From Malacoraja senta (lineage: Eukaryota), in assembly GCA_038087875.1 (NCBI GenBank), contig CM075990.1, positions 6,388,001 to 6,452,000 on the forward strand: DNA of 64,000 nucleotides, written 5' to 3'. Under the pieces are notes generated by a model that worked only from the letters and a program-made list of their open reading frames with translations, was not told the DNA's origin and made no database searches. A program made the position numbers and the translations under genes. How positions within the stretch are numbered: position 1 is the stretch's first letter; the number at the start of each line of letters is the position of its first letter. Positions 47,561-61,469 of this stretch are shown in pieces.

Positions 47561-49044
47561 TTCTTTTGCATACAGCTCAGTGACAATCCTGCTATACATT
47601 AGGCGTAATCAGAATAAGTACGAGAGTGTAAGATAGCAGACCACACTAAGTCCGTATACGAGTTGTCACATTTTAGGTGCCATCTTGTACCTTCAAATCT
47701 GAAATGTTAAAAAAATTGTTAGAGTCTTAACTAGACCATAAAGGCCTGTTGTCCTGGTGGCGGTAGTCGGTTTAGTACTGTTGATACAGCTTGCTCTTTA
47801 CTACCATTTTATTCCCTCTATCCCTGGTGAATATTCTATTGTAGTAGACATTTCATATCATTTCCAACATCACCACTGAATGCCTGAGTTCCTGTCCTGC
47901 TGTTGGCTATGTATTCTGAGTCATTACTTATACAGCGAAGAACCAAACCCTTTGGTCCAACTTGACCAAGAAGCCTGGAGCCATTAAGTCTTGAGTTCCA
48001 TGCCAAGGAAACAGATCCTTTGGCCCAACGTCCATGCTGACCAAGCTGCCCAACTGAGCCAATCCAACCTGCCCTTGCCCAGCTCACACCATTCAATGTG
48101 CCCGTCCGAGTGTCTTCCAAATGTCTCCACTACCACCTCCACTACCCCCTCAGTCAGCTCGTAAATCTTCTCTGCACCCTTTGCAGCTTGACAACATCTT
48201 TCCTATAGCAGGATGACCATGTGGCCAATGCAGCAATCATTGTGAAAGCAGCAATTTAGAGGGAGGCTCTGATCTTGTCCATGGGCAAGTACACTAATCA
48301 GTTTCTAAAGAAGCGATGCAGCCTGATTCACGTTTGGATATGATTGCGTCTCCATTGGGATGTGACTTACATGAAAAATCCCTACTTCATGTTAAACCTG
48401 CAAGACAACAGGGCTGGGAGAAATTGCTTTAAATTCATTGGTGGTGCATGATCTGTAATTCTTTGTGATTCTTCGCACCATTCTAGTTGACATGACGCGA
48501 TTAATTCGAACTAATCAGTGGTGGCCATGGTAACGTTTTAGTAAGAACCTGCTTTCTGAAGAAGATGTTTAATAAAAAGACGGAAACAGGTGCTCAGTGC
48601 CGGTGGGGTCCAGCACACAGGATGACAGGTCTTGTTTTATACAGCCAATTAAGATACTATATGTTTGCTTGTAAAACTGTCACAGAAATGAAAATAAGAG
48701 AATATTATATTTCTATTTGATATTGCGTAAATGGCTTTTCCTGTTTTGCCATGTTGTGGGAAATACTGACTGTGTCCAGAAAAAGCTTGGCATTAAACCT
48801 CTTTAGACATTTGCTATCCTGGATATCATATTTCCTGATAAAATTGTGAGAGACTATTTCAGTCCAGGAGACTATGCTCATCAACGTTCTCATCAACTCC
48901 CCCCTCCCCCCCCCCCCCCCTCCCCCATTACACCACTGCCTTCCCCCACAACCCCTGAAAGTGAAAATTTAGAGATATAATCACTCAATACAACACTCCG
49001 GAACTCTGTTTCTTCTCTGGAACACTGGATGCTGCAAGGTGACC

Positions 49045-49390
49045 TGATTGTGGTATATACAATTCTGCGAGGCATAGATAGGGTAGAGAGTCAGAACCAT
49101 TTTTCCACAAATACCAGTGGGCATAGCTTTAAGGGCAAAGTTTAACGATGATGTGCGCGGCAACTTTTTTTTATGCATAGGCTGTTGAGTGCCTGGAAGG
49201 CGTTGCCTGGGTCGGTGGTTGAGGCAGTGGCGTTTGAGAGGCTTTTGGATACGCACATGGATATGCAGGGACTGCAGGGAAATGGATTATACACAGGTAG
49301 ATAAGAGATGGTCTTGGCATCATGTTCAGCGCAGACATTGTGGGCCGAAGGGCCTGTTCCTCTGCTGTACTGTTCTATGTTCTATGTTCT
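49045..49390 (+). mobile_element. Degenerate CR1 3' fragment
   Basis: GGTGACCTGATTGTGGTATATACAATT..GGGCCGAAGGGCCTGTTCC, (TTCTATG)n tail. Confidence 0.7.
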
Positions 49391-49446
49391 AACTTCCTTC
49401 TACAATCGGTAACTTATCTACACAATAGGGACAACTAGCTGCCAAT

Positions 49447-49765
49447 TTAGTTTAGTTTAGTTTAGGGATACAGCACGGAAACAGGCCTTTCGCCCTACCG
49501 AGTCCGCGCTGACCAGCGATCCCCGCACATTAACATTATCTTCCATGCCCTAGGGACAATTTTACACTTATACCATGCCAATTAATCTCCAGACCTGTAC
49601 ATCTTTGGAATGTGGGAGGAAACTGAAGATCTCGGAGAAAACCCACGCAGGTCACGGGGAGAACGTACAAACTCCAAACAGACAGCACACGTAGTCAGGA
49701 TCGAACCCGGGTCCCTGGCGCTGTAAGTACTGTAAGGCAGCAACTCTACTGCTGTGTCACCATGC
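49447..49765 (-). mobile_element. HE1-like V-SINE
   Basis: (TTTAG)n at the left, GGATCGAACCCGGGTC at the right. Confidence 0.85.
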
Positions 49766-49879
49766 CGTATCCTACCAACCTGTCTGTCTTTTTTGGCCAT
49801 GAAAGTAATGCACCTGGGGAAAGCCCACATGGTCACAGCGATCACGTGCAAACTCCACATGGACGGCACTCGAAGTCAT

Positions 49880-50170
49880 GGCCCTGTCCCACGATGTGAG
49901 TTCATTCAAGAGGTCTCCCGAGTTTAAAAAAAAATCAAACTTGTGGTAAGCGCGGAGAATAAACGTAGCGAGTATGTCGGAGCTCGGGGACGTCTCTTAG
50001 CGGCTTGTAACGCTAACGGCAGGTACTCAGGAAGACACACTAATGGCAGGTAAGCTCGGGAAGACTCGTGAAGATTTTTCAACGTTAAAAAATGTCAACG
50101 AGAGCCCGAGTACCGACGAGCGACCATTACCGTAAATCTCCGAGTTCGAATCAGGGCAAACTCAGGAGAG
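49880..50170. mobile_element. Possible PIF/Harbinger-type MITE, right end lost
   Basis: Starts GGCCCTGTCCCAC (Harbinger-like TIR, from memory); subterminal TCTCCCGAGTTT (49914-49925) is mirrored by AAACTCAGGAGA (50158-50169); abuts a Penelope terminal-repeat fragment. Confidence 0.5.
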
Positions 50171-50387
50171 CAAACCCGAAACGTTGCCTATTTCCTTCGC
50201 TCTATAGATGCTGCCTCACCCGCTGAGTTTCTCCAGCACTTTTGTCTACCTTCGATTTTCCAGCATCTGCAGTTCCTTCTTAAAACATATATATTGAAAG
50301 CCTAATTTTAGATAGAATAGATACATTTGGACTATCTAGATGTCAGATGTATACCGAGAAGTTTTGAACAACAGAGTTTGGGACCAG

Positions 50388-50700
50388 TGCGACACAGTGG
50401 CACAGTGGTAGTGTTGCTGCCTTACAGCACCAGAGACCCAGCCCCAGCTTGGATCCTGACAATGGGTGCGGTCTGTATGGAGTTTGTATGTTCTCCCTGT
50501 AACTGTGGGGGTTTTTTCCGGGTGCTCTGGTTTCAGCTCACATTCCAAAGATGTGCAAGTTTGTGGGTTAATTGGATTCTGTAAATTGTCTCCCAGTATG
50601 TAGGATAGAATTTGTGATCGGGTATTTACTGGTTCAAATGGCACAGTGGGCCAAACAGCCTGTTTCCACGATGTATCTCTAAAACTAAAAACTAAAACTG
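50388..50700 (+). mobile_element. HE1-like V-SINE
   Basis: Same head/core/tail architecture, (AAAACT)n tail. Confidence 0.78.
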
Positions 50701-53064
50701 ATCTATGAAGTTCAGCGTGATCAACACATCTCCAGATTGCCCTCACCTGTCCTGCCTCTTAGCTCTGGAAGCTATTCAAAATCAGCGCATTGAACTTTTC
50801 CGCCTTTACAATTTACTGACTACAGGTAAAAAGGGAAAGATTGCATGTTTCACGCAGTGAAATGGAACTGGTGTTTAATGGAAACAATAGGTGTGATTGG
50901 TGCTTGCAGGCAGACAGCACAGAGTTAGGCTGATACACTGTGGCTTGAAATATGACTTGGATTGCTAACAAAATTTCCAACCTTAAATGTTTAAGAGGTT
51001 GGAGTTATCTGCTACACAATGAAACACCAGGGCCAAGGGTAATTTCTAGCTGTGGAGGAATTACAGCACAACTGGCCTGTGAAAGTACCGGTTTCAACTG
51101 CGCTCATTTGATTCTAAGATTAGCACGAGTCCAGATTCCAAAAAAGATCAATTAAGTGGTCCAAGTTTAAATAAAAAAAACAAGAGGGCTTTATATAAAT
51201 AGAACTCTGAGCAAATTTATTACAGAATTAGTAAGAAACATAACGCCAGAATTGCACGGGTTTATTTAAGCCATGCATGAAATAAATCATGTGCCAAGCA
51301 AAGGCAAATAGTCAGAGAAGGCCCGTGAGGGATATGTTTCAAAAGTACTGAAGTCATTACACTTCCCACAGCGTAACAGCACCAAATAAAAAGCTTCATA
51401 ATAAATTCTCACTAGAATCGCTTGCACAATGACTGCTGACTTTGTAATCGCGATGTTAGATCTGTTCTTTCTCAAAGACTGTGGTGCAGCTTTAACTATG
51501 TTGAAAGTTTCAAGTGGAAGGGGAACAGGAGTAACACGGCAACTTTGACTGCCAGCGAGCAAACTCTGAACACTGAAGAAAATGCTGGATTTCCACCAAC
51601 AAAGACCAATGGCCATAAAACAAATGTTGTTTAAGATATGCACCAAAGTGTCCATCTTATAAAACAGTGCAACTCTGATCTTTCCATACATGTATCCATA
51701 GCATGGTGCAGTGGAGAGTAACCTAACAGCAAATCTCGCAATCAAATAAAAGGGGCAGCTACTAATAAACAGACCAAGTTGACCCGATAACAGGTCTGTG
51801 GATAAGCTGAAGAGAGACATTGGCAGAGGATTAAAATTTGGCCAATGTGCACGTTATCTGAGAAGGAAACATAGGCCCAGTAAGAGTACACAGAATACCT
51901 AAAAATAAAAAGAGATTTTAATTGGAGGAACATTTTCAGAATGTTCGAGTAGCTTTGTTTAATAATTTCTTGACAAAATGCAATTTCATATCAATACCAC
52001 TTTTAATTTCTCAAGTACTTTGAACATACACTGTAGATTATGAAATGCAAGCTCTGGGCACTGGGTACTTTTAGGAACAGATGCATTACCAAAAACACAT
52101 TTGTGAATATTTTACCTTTGAATATCACATTCGGGTAGGAAGCATTTGTGTTTTTTTACATGACATTGAAGTTAGAATGTGAACATATCCAGACAAAATG
52201 CATAAACTTTAATACCTTCATAGAAGATTGTCTAAATAATTCTTCAGCATTGTCCTTCAATTGTTTCATTAGTTTTAACTTTGAGGATATTAAAATTAGT
52301 AACATACTTCCGGGCTTAGGAAATTTTACATTGCCTGCAATATATCAGATATATGTTAAGTTAAATTGATCTATTTTGCAATTAATGTTCTCTTTACAAT
52401 TTACAAAAAGTTGGCAGCAAATCGCAACTTACTTTTGATTATCATAAAATCAAAAGTTTTTCCCTTCTCCGTCATTGTTTTAGTTTGCGGGGTTTAAGAT
52501 GTGAAAGCAATGTGCTTCTGGCAGCTGCCCTACAATTATTTAACTGCTTTTGCTCTTTTAAAAAAAAAAGCACAAACTCCTTTGCTACCAGGAATACAAA
52601 TATTAAATAAGTGAAAAGACGAATAAAGATTTGAACGCACACACAATACACCAAGATCAGGAATATAGTATAATCTACACTTAAATAGACTGCCATTGCT
52701 GATATTATTATTAATTTACATATAAGAGCACAAGAGAACTAGGTACCACAATCTGTCCTGTAACCTTCAGATTTAGGGAATATTGTGGAAGAGCAAACAT
52801 TGTTTTATCTGATGATGGATGCATTTACATGCTGTAACAGAATGCTTGGGTTTTCTGTGTTCTCTACATATTGACATCTGGTGTTAACCCCAAATACACT
52901 TCGCTACTCAACGCCAGAAATGAGCATGTTGATGTCTGCAGGCGGAAAGGGGACAGAAACTGGTATCAAGTTCTTGGTTTGAAAGAGACACAATGCAGCT
53001 TTTACTTATTACACAGCAATACAGCTTGCTGTATTTAGCAGTTCCTTTTAATATCTTTGTGTTT

Positions 53065-53256
53065 CTATCTGCAAGCGCAGGTTTCCACTGACATGTTTGG
53101 ATACACCTTCAACACCACATTTTTGTTTTCGTCAAAGAAGAGCACACTCAAAGCATTCATTTTGTCGGGTACACAGCAGGGCTCCGGAATTCCAGGGATA
53201 ATCCCAACAGCCTTGACAATGCTCTGGATTGTTGCATGATTGGAGGGTCGAACCAC
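53065..53256 (-). CDS. GDF10: GDF10/BMP3b exon 3
   Basis: Acceptor ttttgtcac[65 protein letters not shown]. Confidence 0.96.
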   Translation of the reverse strand: MVRPSNHATIQSIVKAVGIIPGIPEPCCVPDKMNALSVLFFDENKNVVLKVYPNMSVETCACR

Positions 53257-54780
53257 CTGTGACAAAATGGACAATAAAATCATCAATTGCTCAAATTCCC
53301 TGCGCATAGTTACTGGGCTAAGATTGATTTATGATTCGAGTCTGTGAGTTTCAAATTCACAATCCCCTTGTGCAACAGACAGTCTCGATTCGATAGAATA
53401 ACATTTATCCAACTGATCAATGCTTGACACAGATCGTTAGAAAATCTTTAGAGAGTGTTTAGAAATTGCAGTTGGACCTTTTCTATGAATCTTAGTATGT
53501 TCAACAATTAGTTCCAACCAGGATAAGGCTGCTAGGAATTACTGTCACTAGAAATGTAACCATTTTGAAATTTGGCTGGAATTAAAATTGTTGAGTTATT
53601 TTCCAGTAGTAAAATAGAATGACAAATATTAAAATTTATTTTAGAGGTTTTCCAGAAGCCAGTGACTGAAGAATCCCATTTACAAGTTTCAGTCGAGAGA
53701 GCTTGTAAACTGTAACCGAGACATTGAAACAAAAGTATAGATTGGCAGCTGATCGACAATGGGAAAGTGTCAATAAAAGCAAAAAAACATATCCTCATGT
53801 GCAGACGACTATAACTGTCAGAGAGTATGAAATATTTTACAGGGAGTCATATTTTGCAGCCACTGTAACAATGGCTGCGGAAGGATGATATAAATTCTGT
53901 TTATTGATATGAAACATTTTGAAAGAAAATAAAACATTTATATACTTAGACCATTTGACATTCTGGGGAATTAATTATGCTTTATGCGCATTTACATCAG
54001 CACACATGAAGAAAAAGTGTGCTTGTCACAAAAATGACTAAAGTCTCTGCTTTCTTTAACCAAAGCCGTTATAGAGCAAATGCATTTTTCACAACTAGAA
54101 AGTTTCTCTGAAGCAGTTGTGGATAATCAAAATACTTTTACATTATAATCTGTGTTGTATTTGATGTAAATTGATTGATATACGCGTTGACTAACCTAAC
54201 TCGTCCATTGTGATTCTGTGTTTGTTATGCATCTGTGCTCATTCCCATGAAACAATGCAGACAACCGTATCCAATCAAAGCAATGGGCGGCCTCAATATT
54301 TAATTTGCAGCTTTGCAAAATAAAAGAGTTTTGTCTGCAGCAAGAAGGGCTTACATACCCCTACTCTTGCATCAAGCCATAAATAAAACGCATTAAGTCT
54401 ATTATTTTCATGATACCTGTGGTGCCATTCCTCTGTATGCTGTACACTGTGAAACTTTGTTTGCAAATACACATGCATGGTAACTATATTTGTACAGCTA
54501 ATTATTTATAGAAAACTGTCAATTTTTTAGATAACTTAATTAGTTTTTGTGCAGCACTCCTGGTAATGCTGGCTGTTTATTGCTGGTTCTCAGTTGTACT
54601 AAGAAGTTGGTGTTGAACCACCTCTAGAGTTGCTGCACTTTTAGGTGGAGTGGGTTAAAGCTACTTGCTGGGTAACATTCAAGGATTGTTAGGAGCCAAC
54701 CATTCTGAGGCCAGAGATAGACACAAAATGCTGGAGTAACTCAGCGGGTCAGGCAGCATCTCTGGAGAGAAGGAATAGGT

Positions 54781-54808
54781 GATGTTTCGGGTCAGGACCC
54801 TTCATCAG
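54781..54808 (-). ncRNA. Hammerhead-like core with the canonical CUGAUGA box
   Basis: CUGAUGA-A-GGGU-CCUG-ACCC-GAAA-C-AUC on the GDF10 sense strand, intron 2. Confidence 0.45.
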
Positions 54809-56917
54809 ACTTGACCTGAGGCCAGTCTATTTGAGGCCAATCTGGGCAATACTGGCTGGTTTCTTCCTTAGAAAACATTATTTGCTGAGAAAGAGCTCCT
54901 CGGTCGTTGTCCTGCAGGATTTGTATCGTACCAAAGTCTCAGGGAGTATAAGTGTTTTATGTCTTTCAAAAGCTGGGAGACAAATCTGCAAAGACAAATT
55001 AAGACATGGAACCTTTCTGCTTTTTGTGCCAGATTCCGCAAAAGTTTCCCATTGCGGCTAAATTTTAATTCATAGATTTGACTTTTCTTTGTGCCGTCTG
55101 CTTTCAATGTTACAGCTGCTTTTAAAAATAAAATGAGACTGCAAATAGTAGATAACCAAAAATAATCGATTTGGTTCCTTTAGGTGCTTTTTAAACCAGG
55201 GCCTAGTGCCGATACTTAAATGTGACCACCTCTGGAGGGGCGTGAGAAATGTACACAAATTACACCTACATGTGCAAAGACACAGGCCCTTAATATATAT
55301 TGGGAGATCGTGAGTGAGAAGGGGGGGGGGGGGGGGGAGTGGTGGCATTAACATGGGAACTACTGCCCCCTACCCCATTCTTCCTTATATGAAATCTGAA
55401 TGAGTCCAACTATATGGGTTTTATACACTCATCCTGCCACACATTTTGTTGATTACAGTTTCCATCAGCATATCACATTATCCATGCTGAATATAATTAT
55501 TCTCTAATTCATTTTCCTTCGTTAATTGGAGCTGCCATTGCTTCGTACATTCCGGGAGCCACCAACAAAATGGTATGATGGTGTGGAGATTGAAATACTC
55601 ATGAACCTATATCACTAAGGGGCAGGTCGGGCAAGGAACAGCAGAGGACATGCTTGATCAACTGGTGAGGCAAGCAGTAAATACAAGAGGGCCTTTTAAT
55701 GCAACACACATGGGTAATAAACTGGGAAATAATGAACTGAAGCAGGCATGACAGCCTGAATGGACTTCCCTTTGCATTCCTTTCTGTTCAGTTTTAGTGT
55801 GGACACCAAATACATAGCAATTCACTGCAAATGGTGTCTTTATCAATTGTGCTATTGTGCCTATGGACATAATACTAAACTGCCTCAGGAGGACTCCGAT
55901 ACACATGATTAATGGGAAAAGTCCTTCCTGACAGAGCCTGGTTTTATCTGCAGTGCCTGTAATAGTCTTTGATGATTCAGGGAGCGCAATGGGGACCCTG
56001 TGGAGAGGTGGGCTTTATTGGGTATTATTCTCTGTGGACAGTGATACAAATCCCTCGCTTGTTGTCTTCCAGTCAGTTAATTCACCATCCACTTCTCTGA
56101 TCTCCAGCGTGCCCTTAATGCACTTGGCATGACCTCTTTTATCACCTGTAGTGAGGCCATTCTCACACCAACCCTCAAGAAAGCAGATCCACCTCAGATG
56201 GACCATATCTAACCCGCCAGCAGATTCCTGTACATGTAATATTGTTAAATGATACCGTGTGAGAATTATAAGCTCACACAGGCATCCTCACTACCCCAGT
56301 GGGGCCAGAAATGAAAACTGCAGTTTTCTTTTTAAATCTTCGCTTTAATAGCGGATCTTCCCCACCATACCCCCTGAATGAATATACAATTGGAAAAGAA
56401 AAATGTATATTCAGCTGTTTCGTATATAATGAGTCGTTTATTTAGATCATACGTGGTCTTTCTTCCATAATTTACAGTGGGGAAATCTCCGCAGATATTT
56501 CTTAAAATTGGAGCTCAGAGGTAGAAGCGAGGCCGAGAATATAATATAAAGACCTCAGTGTTTTTCTTAGACTGGTAGGAGTCCGCATTTCATTAGGCAT
56601 GGCGCGATCTGTTAAAGACGTACGTAATTTCCTCAGTATTTCAGCTTAAATGCATGTCAAAATAACTTTGAAAGTGCAGAAATGTGTGTACGGATGTTAT
56701 CCATCTCGTTATGTGTTATTTGGCACCGTAAAATCACTGGGTCTTTATGACGAGCTAAAGAAAGGAACAGTGAGCGTTGTGTGGATGGGACCCTCGAATT
56801 AACCTTTTGGAGGCTTTGAGGAACTCGGGGTGTTTCAGCAGAAGTTAATTGGAACCAGATTGCACATAGACCCCAGGTGATTTCGCACGTAATTCTACCA
56901 GGAGCAAGTTATCTTAC

Positions 56918-57816
56918 CTTGGGCATTGGGAATACACAAGCCCCAGCGCAATAAAAGGCGTCGAAGGACTTGGGGGATATAATCCATTCGCTCCAACCAA
57001 TGTCGGCGAAATCCACTTTCAGGTACCTCCGAGAACAAGTCCTGGGTTCGTTCCACTGCCGTCTCCTCGCCTTGCGCATGGTCTTCTCGTCGAAGCTCAG
57101 CACCTGGGACCTGACCAGTTGGTCGCCATGGCCGGGATCCTTCCTCCGCCTCTCCTTTCGGGGCACCTTGGGTTTCAGGGGGCGGTAGGTATTGCCCCAG
57201 AGGTCGTGCTTGCTGTAGCGGTCGTACTCCACCTCCGGCAGCTCGTTGTTCTCCAGGGAAGGGGAAGAGAAATAGGTTTCTCTTCTGACCCGAGAGTCCC
57301 TGGAGGCGTTGGGAGACTGCGTGGACTCTTCCTCGCTGGGAGGAAATGGTCCGTAGCGTTGCAACGTGAGCCCGACGCTGTTGGGCTCGGAAATGGCCAA
57401 ATCGTTTGCATAAACCAAGATGTAAGGCAGGTTGCTCGATGGTGTTGGACTGGGGGGCTTGTCTCCAGAATCCACTTGAGCGGTGACCATTAATCCATCT
57501 GCTCGCCTGGCATCCTTTACAATGTGGGTGATGTCGTTCAGGCACCAGGTGCCCCGGCGATGAGGAGTCACACTCAGGCTTCCCAATAACTTCCCGGAAG
57601 GTGAGCCGGGGGAGCGTCTTCTGAAGGTCAGTTGGACCGGCTGCGCCTTGTGAGGCGGGAGCAAGGGACACGGGGAGTCCTTAGCGCGTTTGCACACCAC
57701 GGGCCTGTTTCTCCAACGTTTCTGCGTGAAGAAGTGAAAAGTCGCCGCCAAAATCAGCTCGGAATCTTGGATGGAGGACAGATTGAAATGGTAGAGAATT
57801 TTATGATCAATGGTCT
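56918..57816 (-). CDS. GDF10: GDF10/BMP3b exon 2
   Basis: Acceptor tttctctttctgcAG, donor AAG|GTAAGA; PYILVYANDLAISEPNSV, RVRR and RKARRRQWNEPRTCSRRYLKVDFADIGWSEWIISPKSFDAFYCAGAC. Confidence 0.96.
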
Positions 57817-58339
57817 CTGCAGAAAGAGAAACATTCAACACGTTAGCATATAACATGTCAGTGTTTTCTTAATTCCGAACCAAAGAGTCATGCCTACTAT
57901 ATTCTGTTATGCTGAAGCAAAGCAAGAATTTCATTGTCCTATCAGGGACACATGACAATAAACTCTCTTGAATCTTGAATAGCTAATTGTTGACAAACTT
58001 AAATACTTGGATAACAATGGCGCCTAGGTTCTGTGGTAGAACATATGAGGATTTAGCCTTCTTTCAATGCACCCAAAGCGTGGCTCACTCAAGTCGAACC
58101 CAATAGTAATTCTGCAGATACAACAGACTGCAGATGCTGCAATCTTGATCAAAACCCAGAGTGCTGGAAGAACTCAGCGGGACAGGCAGCATCTGTGGAG
58201 GGAATGGGCAGGCGACGTGTCGGGCGGGAACCCTTCTTCAGAATGATGGATTATGCAGGATGTTCAATAAAAACTGGTCCCGTAAAGTTAAACTCCTTCA
58301 ACCCTTATCTCGTGTAAAGCGAGGCACTTAAATGTTAAC

Positions 58340-58530
58340 GATAGATACAAAATGCTGGAGTAACTCAGCGGGACAGGCAGCTTCTCTGGAGAGAAGGAAT
58401 AGGTGATGTTTCGGGTCGAGACCCTTCTTCAGCCTTAACTCCAGAGATGCCGCCTGTCCCGCTGAGTTACTCCAGCATTTTGTGTCTGTCTTCGGTGTAA
58501 ACCAGCGCATCTGTAGTTCCTTCCGGCACA
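58340..58530. mobile_element. Inverted pair of Penelope-derived terminal repeats
   Basis: Minus copy 58340-58432 followed by plus copy 58438-58530. Confidence 0.8.
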
Positions 58531-58797
58531 TTTAAATCAGATGATGTTCATTTGTGTGGATATTAACACGAGTGAGCGCCTTTTCCGAGTGTCAAACGTA
58601 ATGGCCAGGTAGCCCGGACTATAAGCCCCATAAAGTTTGGGATGTGACCTTGCTTTGACTTCGCTTGGCTTCCATGGGACATTTTTTTTCACGGTACGAT
58701 AGTTTCCAGGGCTACCGAATTAACATCTGAGCTGTGGAATTATTTAAACCAAATACCTTAAAAACGCACATGAAGTCAAAATTTCCTATCCCACCAC

Positions 58798-58798
<1 letters not shown>

Positions 58799-58838
<40 letters not shown>
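58799..58838. repeat. (TTA)n microsatellite
   Basis: About 13 units. Confidence 0.9.
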
Positions 58839-58839
<1 letters not shown>

Positions 58840-60441
58840 CGCTTTGGGACATTTTATTGCATTGGTCCCAGTGTGCAAATATATCGCTGCTATCGCATTG
58901 GAAAACTCCATTTATTTTACGTTCGATTTACAATAAGCAATTGTTCACATTTCAACTGCTCCGTATCCTCACTTGCCGGGCACCCTTCTCCCCTGCGACT
59001 TGACTCCTTTGTAGAATATTTGAGATAAAAATACTTTATGAGCAATCTCTTTAAATTACTGCGAACTCGTAAAACAAGCTAGAATACGCGAAATGAAAGA
59101 AGCATTGTTTCGGAGCGCGGTTAGGGCACAGCTTAAACTTAGTTGAATGTTTTAGACTGGGCATTAACTTTGGATTCTAAGCTCCCGGGCTAAAGATTGG
59201 GCAGCGATTAACTGGGAGTTTATTACAGTCTAATAGTAAACCCGAGCATTTTCACAAATATGCGTCCGAATATAATTCTGTACAATGGTTTTTTTTTTAA
59301 ATTTCGAGAGGTTTGGCAGATCCCAGCAATGGCACATTGACTGATAGCATCCTACACTCTCAACCCATACCACAAGACATAAACATAGCGAGATGGATAA
59401 ACAAGGAACTGCAGATGCCGGTTTACAAAATAAGAAAAAAAGACGCCAAGTGCTGGAGTAACTGAGCGGGGCAGGCAGCATCTCTGGAGAGAAGGAATGG
59501 GTGACGTTACGGGTCGAGACCCTTCTTCGGACTGATTTTATTTGCGACCAAGATCAACATAAACAATATTTAGAGAGATACAATGAATTGCAGATGCTGG
59601 TTTACAAAAACACACACACACACAATGTTGGAGTGACTCAGCTGGTCAGCAAGCATCTCTGGAGAACATGGTTAGGTGACGATTTGGGTCAGGACACATC
59701 TTCACATACGCAACACACAAACACCCCAATATTCTTCCAAAGACTGGCAGTTATTAATAAGAGTGGTACAAATACGGCGCATTTTCAGGTGTATTTTAAG
59801 GTGAGATTGGTGGATAGTGGGGTGTGTGAGACCAGGATGGACAAGGGAGGGGGGAGGGAGGTTGGGAGGGGTGTATTCCACGCAGGCGGTGCTGTGCCGA
59901 GTGCCGGGTGCCCAATGCTGGCTGGCGGTGGTTAGACTGGACGCTCGCAAGTGTTTGTATCTGCTCGGGTCGAATGCACACCCGCCGAGATGCAACCGTG
60001 CGAAGCACTGCCGCGGATCCACTGGGATATCCAAACCCCCGGCACAGTGTTCACACTCACACGCCCCAAGTCCCCAATAACCCGGCCACGTATTCTGGCC
60101 ATCTTACACACTCATCCAAACTCTGCCCTTGAGCGCTCGGCTTGCAAAGATCAGATATAGTCCTGAACTACTATCTACCTCATTGGTTACCCCCGGACTA
60201 TCTTTGATCGGACTTTGTTGGCTTTACCTTGAACTGAACATTATTCCCTTATCATACATTATAAATTGCTCGATTGTAATCCTGTGTTGCCTTTCCGCTG
60301 ACTGGTTAACACGCAACAAAAGCTTTTCACTGTACCTCAGTACATGTGACAATAAAAACCAAACTGGAACTGGAAAAGCAAATACAACTTCTCTGGGGGA
60401 ATATAGGGGCAAGAGTTAAACTCGGCGGACTGTCCCCTTAC

Positions 60442-60697
60442 CCTCCGTCGCCTTGAAGCTGCGGACAGTGTTACCGTCCCTCGGCCGGTTCCCCTCGCGG
60501 TTGTACTTGTCGTACAGCTTCAACATGTGCATAGCCACCATATCCTGAGCGGCACGGCCGAGCGCCGAGATGTGAGTGGGTCGAGATGGGCGCAACTGTT
60601 GGTCCGCCCCGCTCTCGCTCCTCGCCCGCACGCTGGCAAAGGCGAGGGAGGCGAGCACCTGGAAGACGAGACCGCGCTCCGGCCGCAAGCAAGCCAT
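60442..60697 (-). CDS. GDF10: GDF10/BMP3b exon 1
   Basis: aacATGG start, [25 protein letters not shown] signal-like segment, [29 protein letters not shown]; donor G|GTAAGG (phase 1); joined CDS 1347 nt = 448 aa. Confidence 0.92.
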
Positions 60698-60959
60698 GTT
60701 GATGATGCCCGCTGCTCCTTCCAGCACAGCTTGGATCGGCGTTGTCGCTGTGTCGATTCCGACAGGCTCCCCTTATCTTGGTAGAACGGAGAAGGGTCAA
60801 GAAGCGAATGACTGAAGCAAATCAGGCTGCAATCCGACTTATTGCAACGTAACTGTCGGTGCCTCTTGATGCCAGTTCGTATAGAGAGACAGAGAGATAG
60901 AGAGAGAGAGGAGAGAGAGTCCTTGCTGATTATCCGGGTGCAGCCTCTATCACCCCGTT

Positions 60960-61285
60960 GCCCGTATCTCTGGGTTTGTAACTCCTTATACTACTTCTTG
61001 CCGCTTGGTAATGTGCTACTTTTCCCCCTCCCCGACAAACTTTTTTAGGTTGAGACGGTGACGAAATTCGCCCGCAGACCAATCGGAGCTAAAGTCCTCC
61101 TCTTTCTCCAATGGGCAGGTCAGTGCGCGGGGTTCCCGGAGAGGATGTCCCCGTTTCACCAGCGCTGCCGGACCCGGCACCTTTAAATCCCCAGCCGCGA
61201 TACCAAGTCCGCAAGTCCCAATGGGTCGAGAGGACCAGAACTTCCTTGCGCCGCCCGCCATGGGTTTATTTCACACCCCAATATA
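60960..61285 (-). promoter_or_regulatory. Candidate GDF10 promoter, CpG-rich
   Basis: CCAAT at 61079, 61108, 61218 and 61278 (plus strand), CCGCCC at 61251, minus-strand TATAAG at 60990-60985. Confidence 0.45.
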
Positions 61286-61441
61286 TATATATATATATAA
61301 TTATTTAAATAAAGGCTCAAAATGCATATTTGTGGCATTAAAAATGACACAAGAGCTTACAGATAGTATTTTTTAAAGGAAAGGAATGTATTCTAATTAA
61401 GGGTGCAAAGGACATTTTGCTTCTGAAGTGGTCTACTTGTA

Positions 61442-61469
61442 CTGAAGAAGGGTCTCGACCCGAAACGTC
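61442..61469 (+). ncRNA. Minimal hammerhead-like core, consensus-like copy
   Basis: CUGAAGA-A-GGGU-CUCG-ACCC-GAAA-C-GUC. Confidence 0.55.

Noticed and set aside
51287..51820. 177-aa ORF downstream of GDF10
   Set aside because: Non-ATG start, no motifs, lies in the probable 3'UTR.
56895..57671. 258-aa alternative-frame ORF overlapping GDF10 exon 2
   Set aside because: No recognisable motifs; GC-rich coding DNA often leaves a second frame open.
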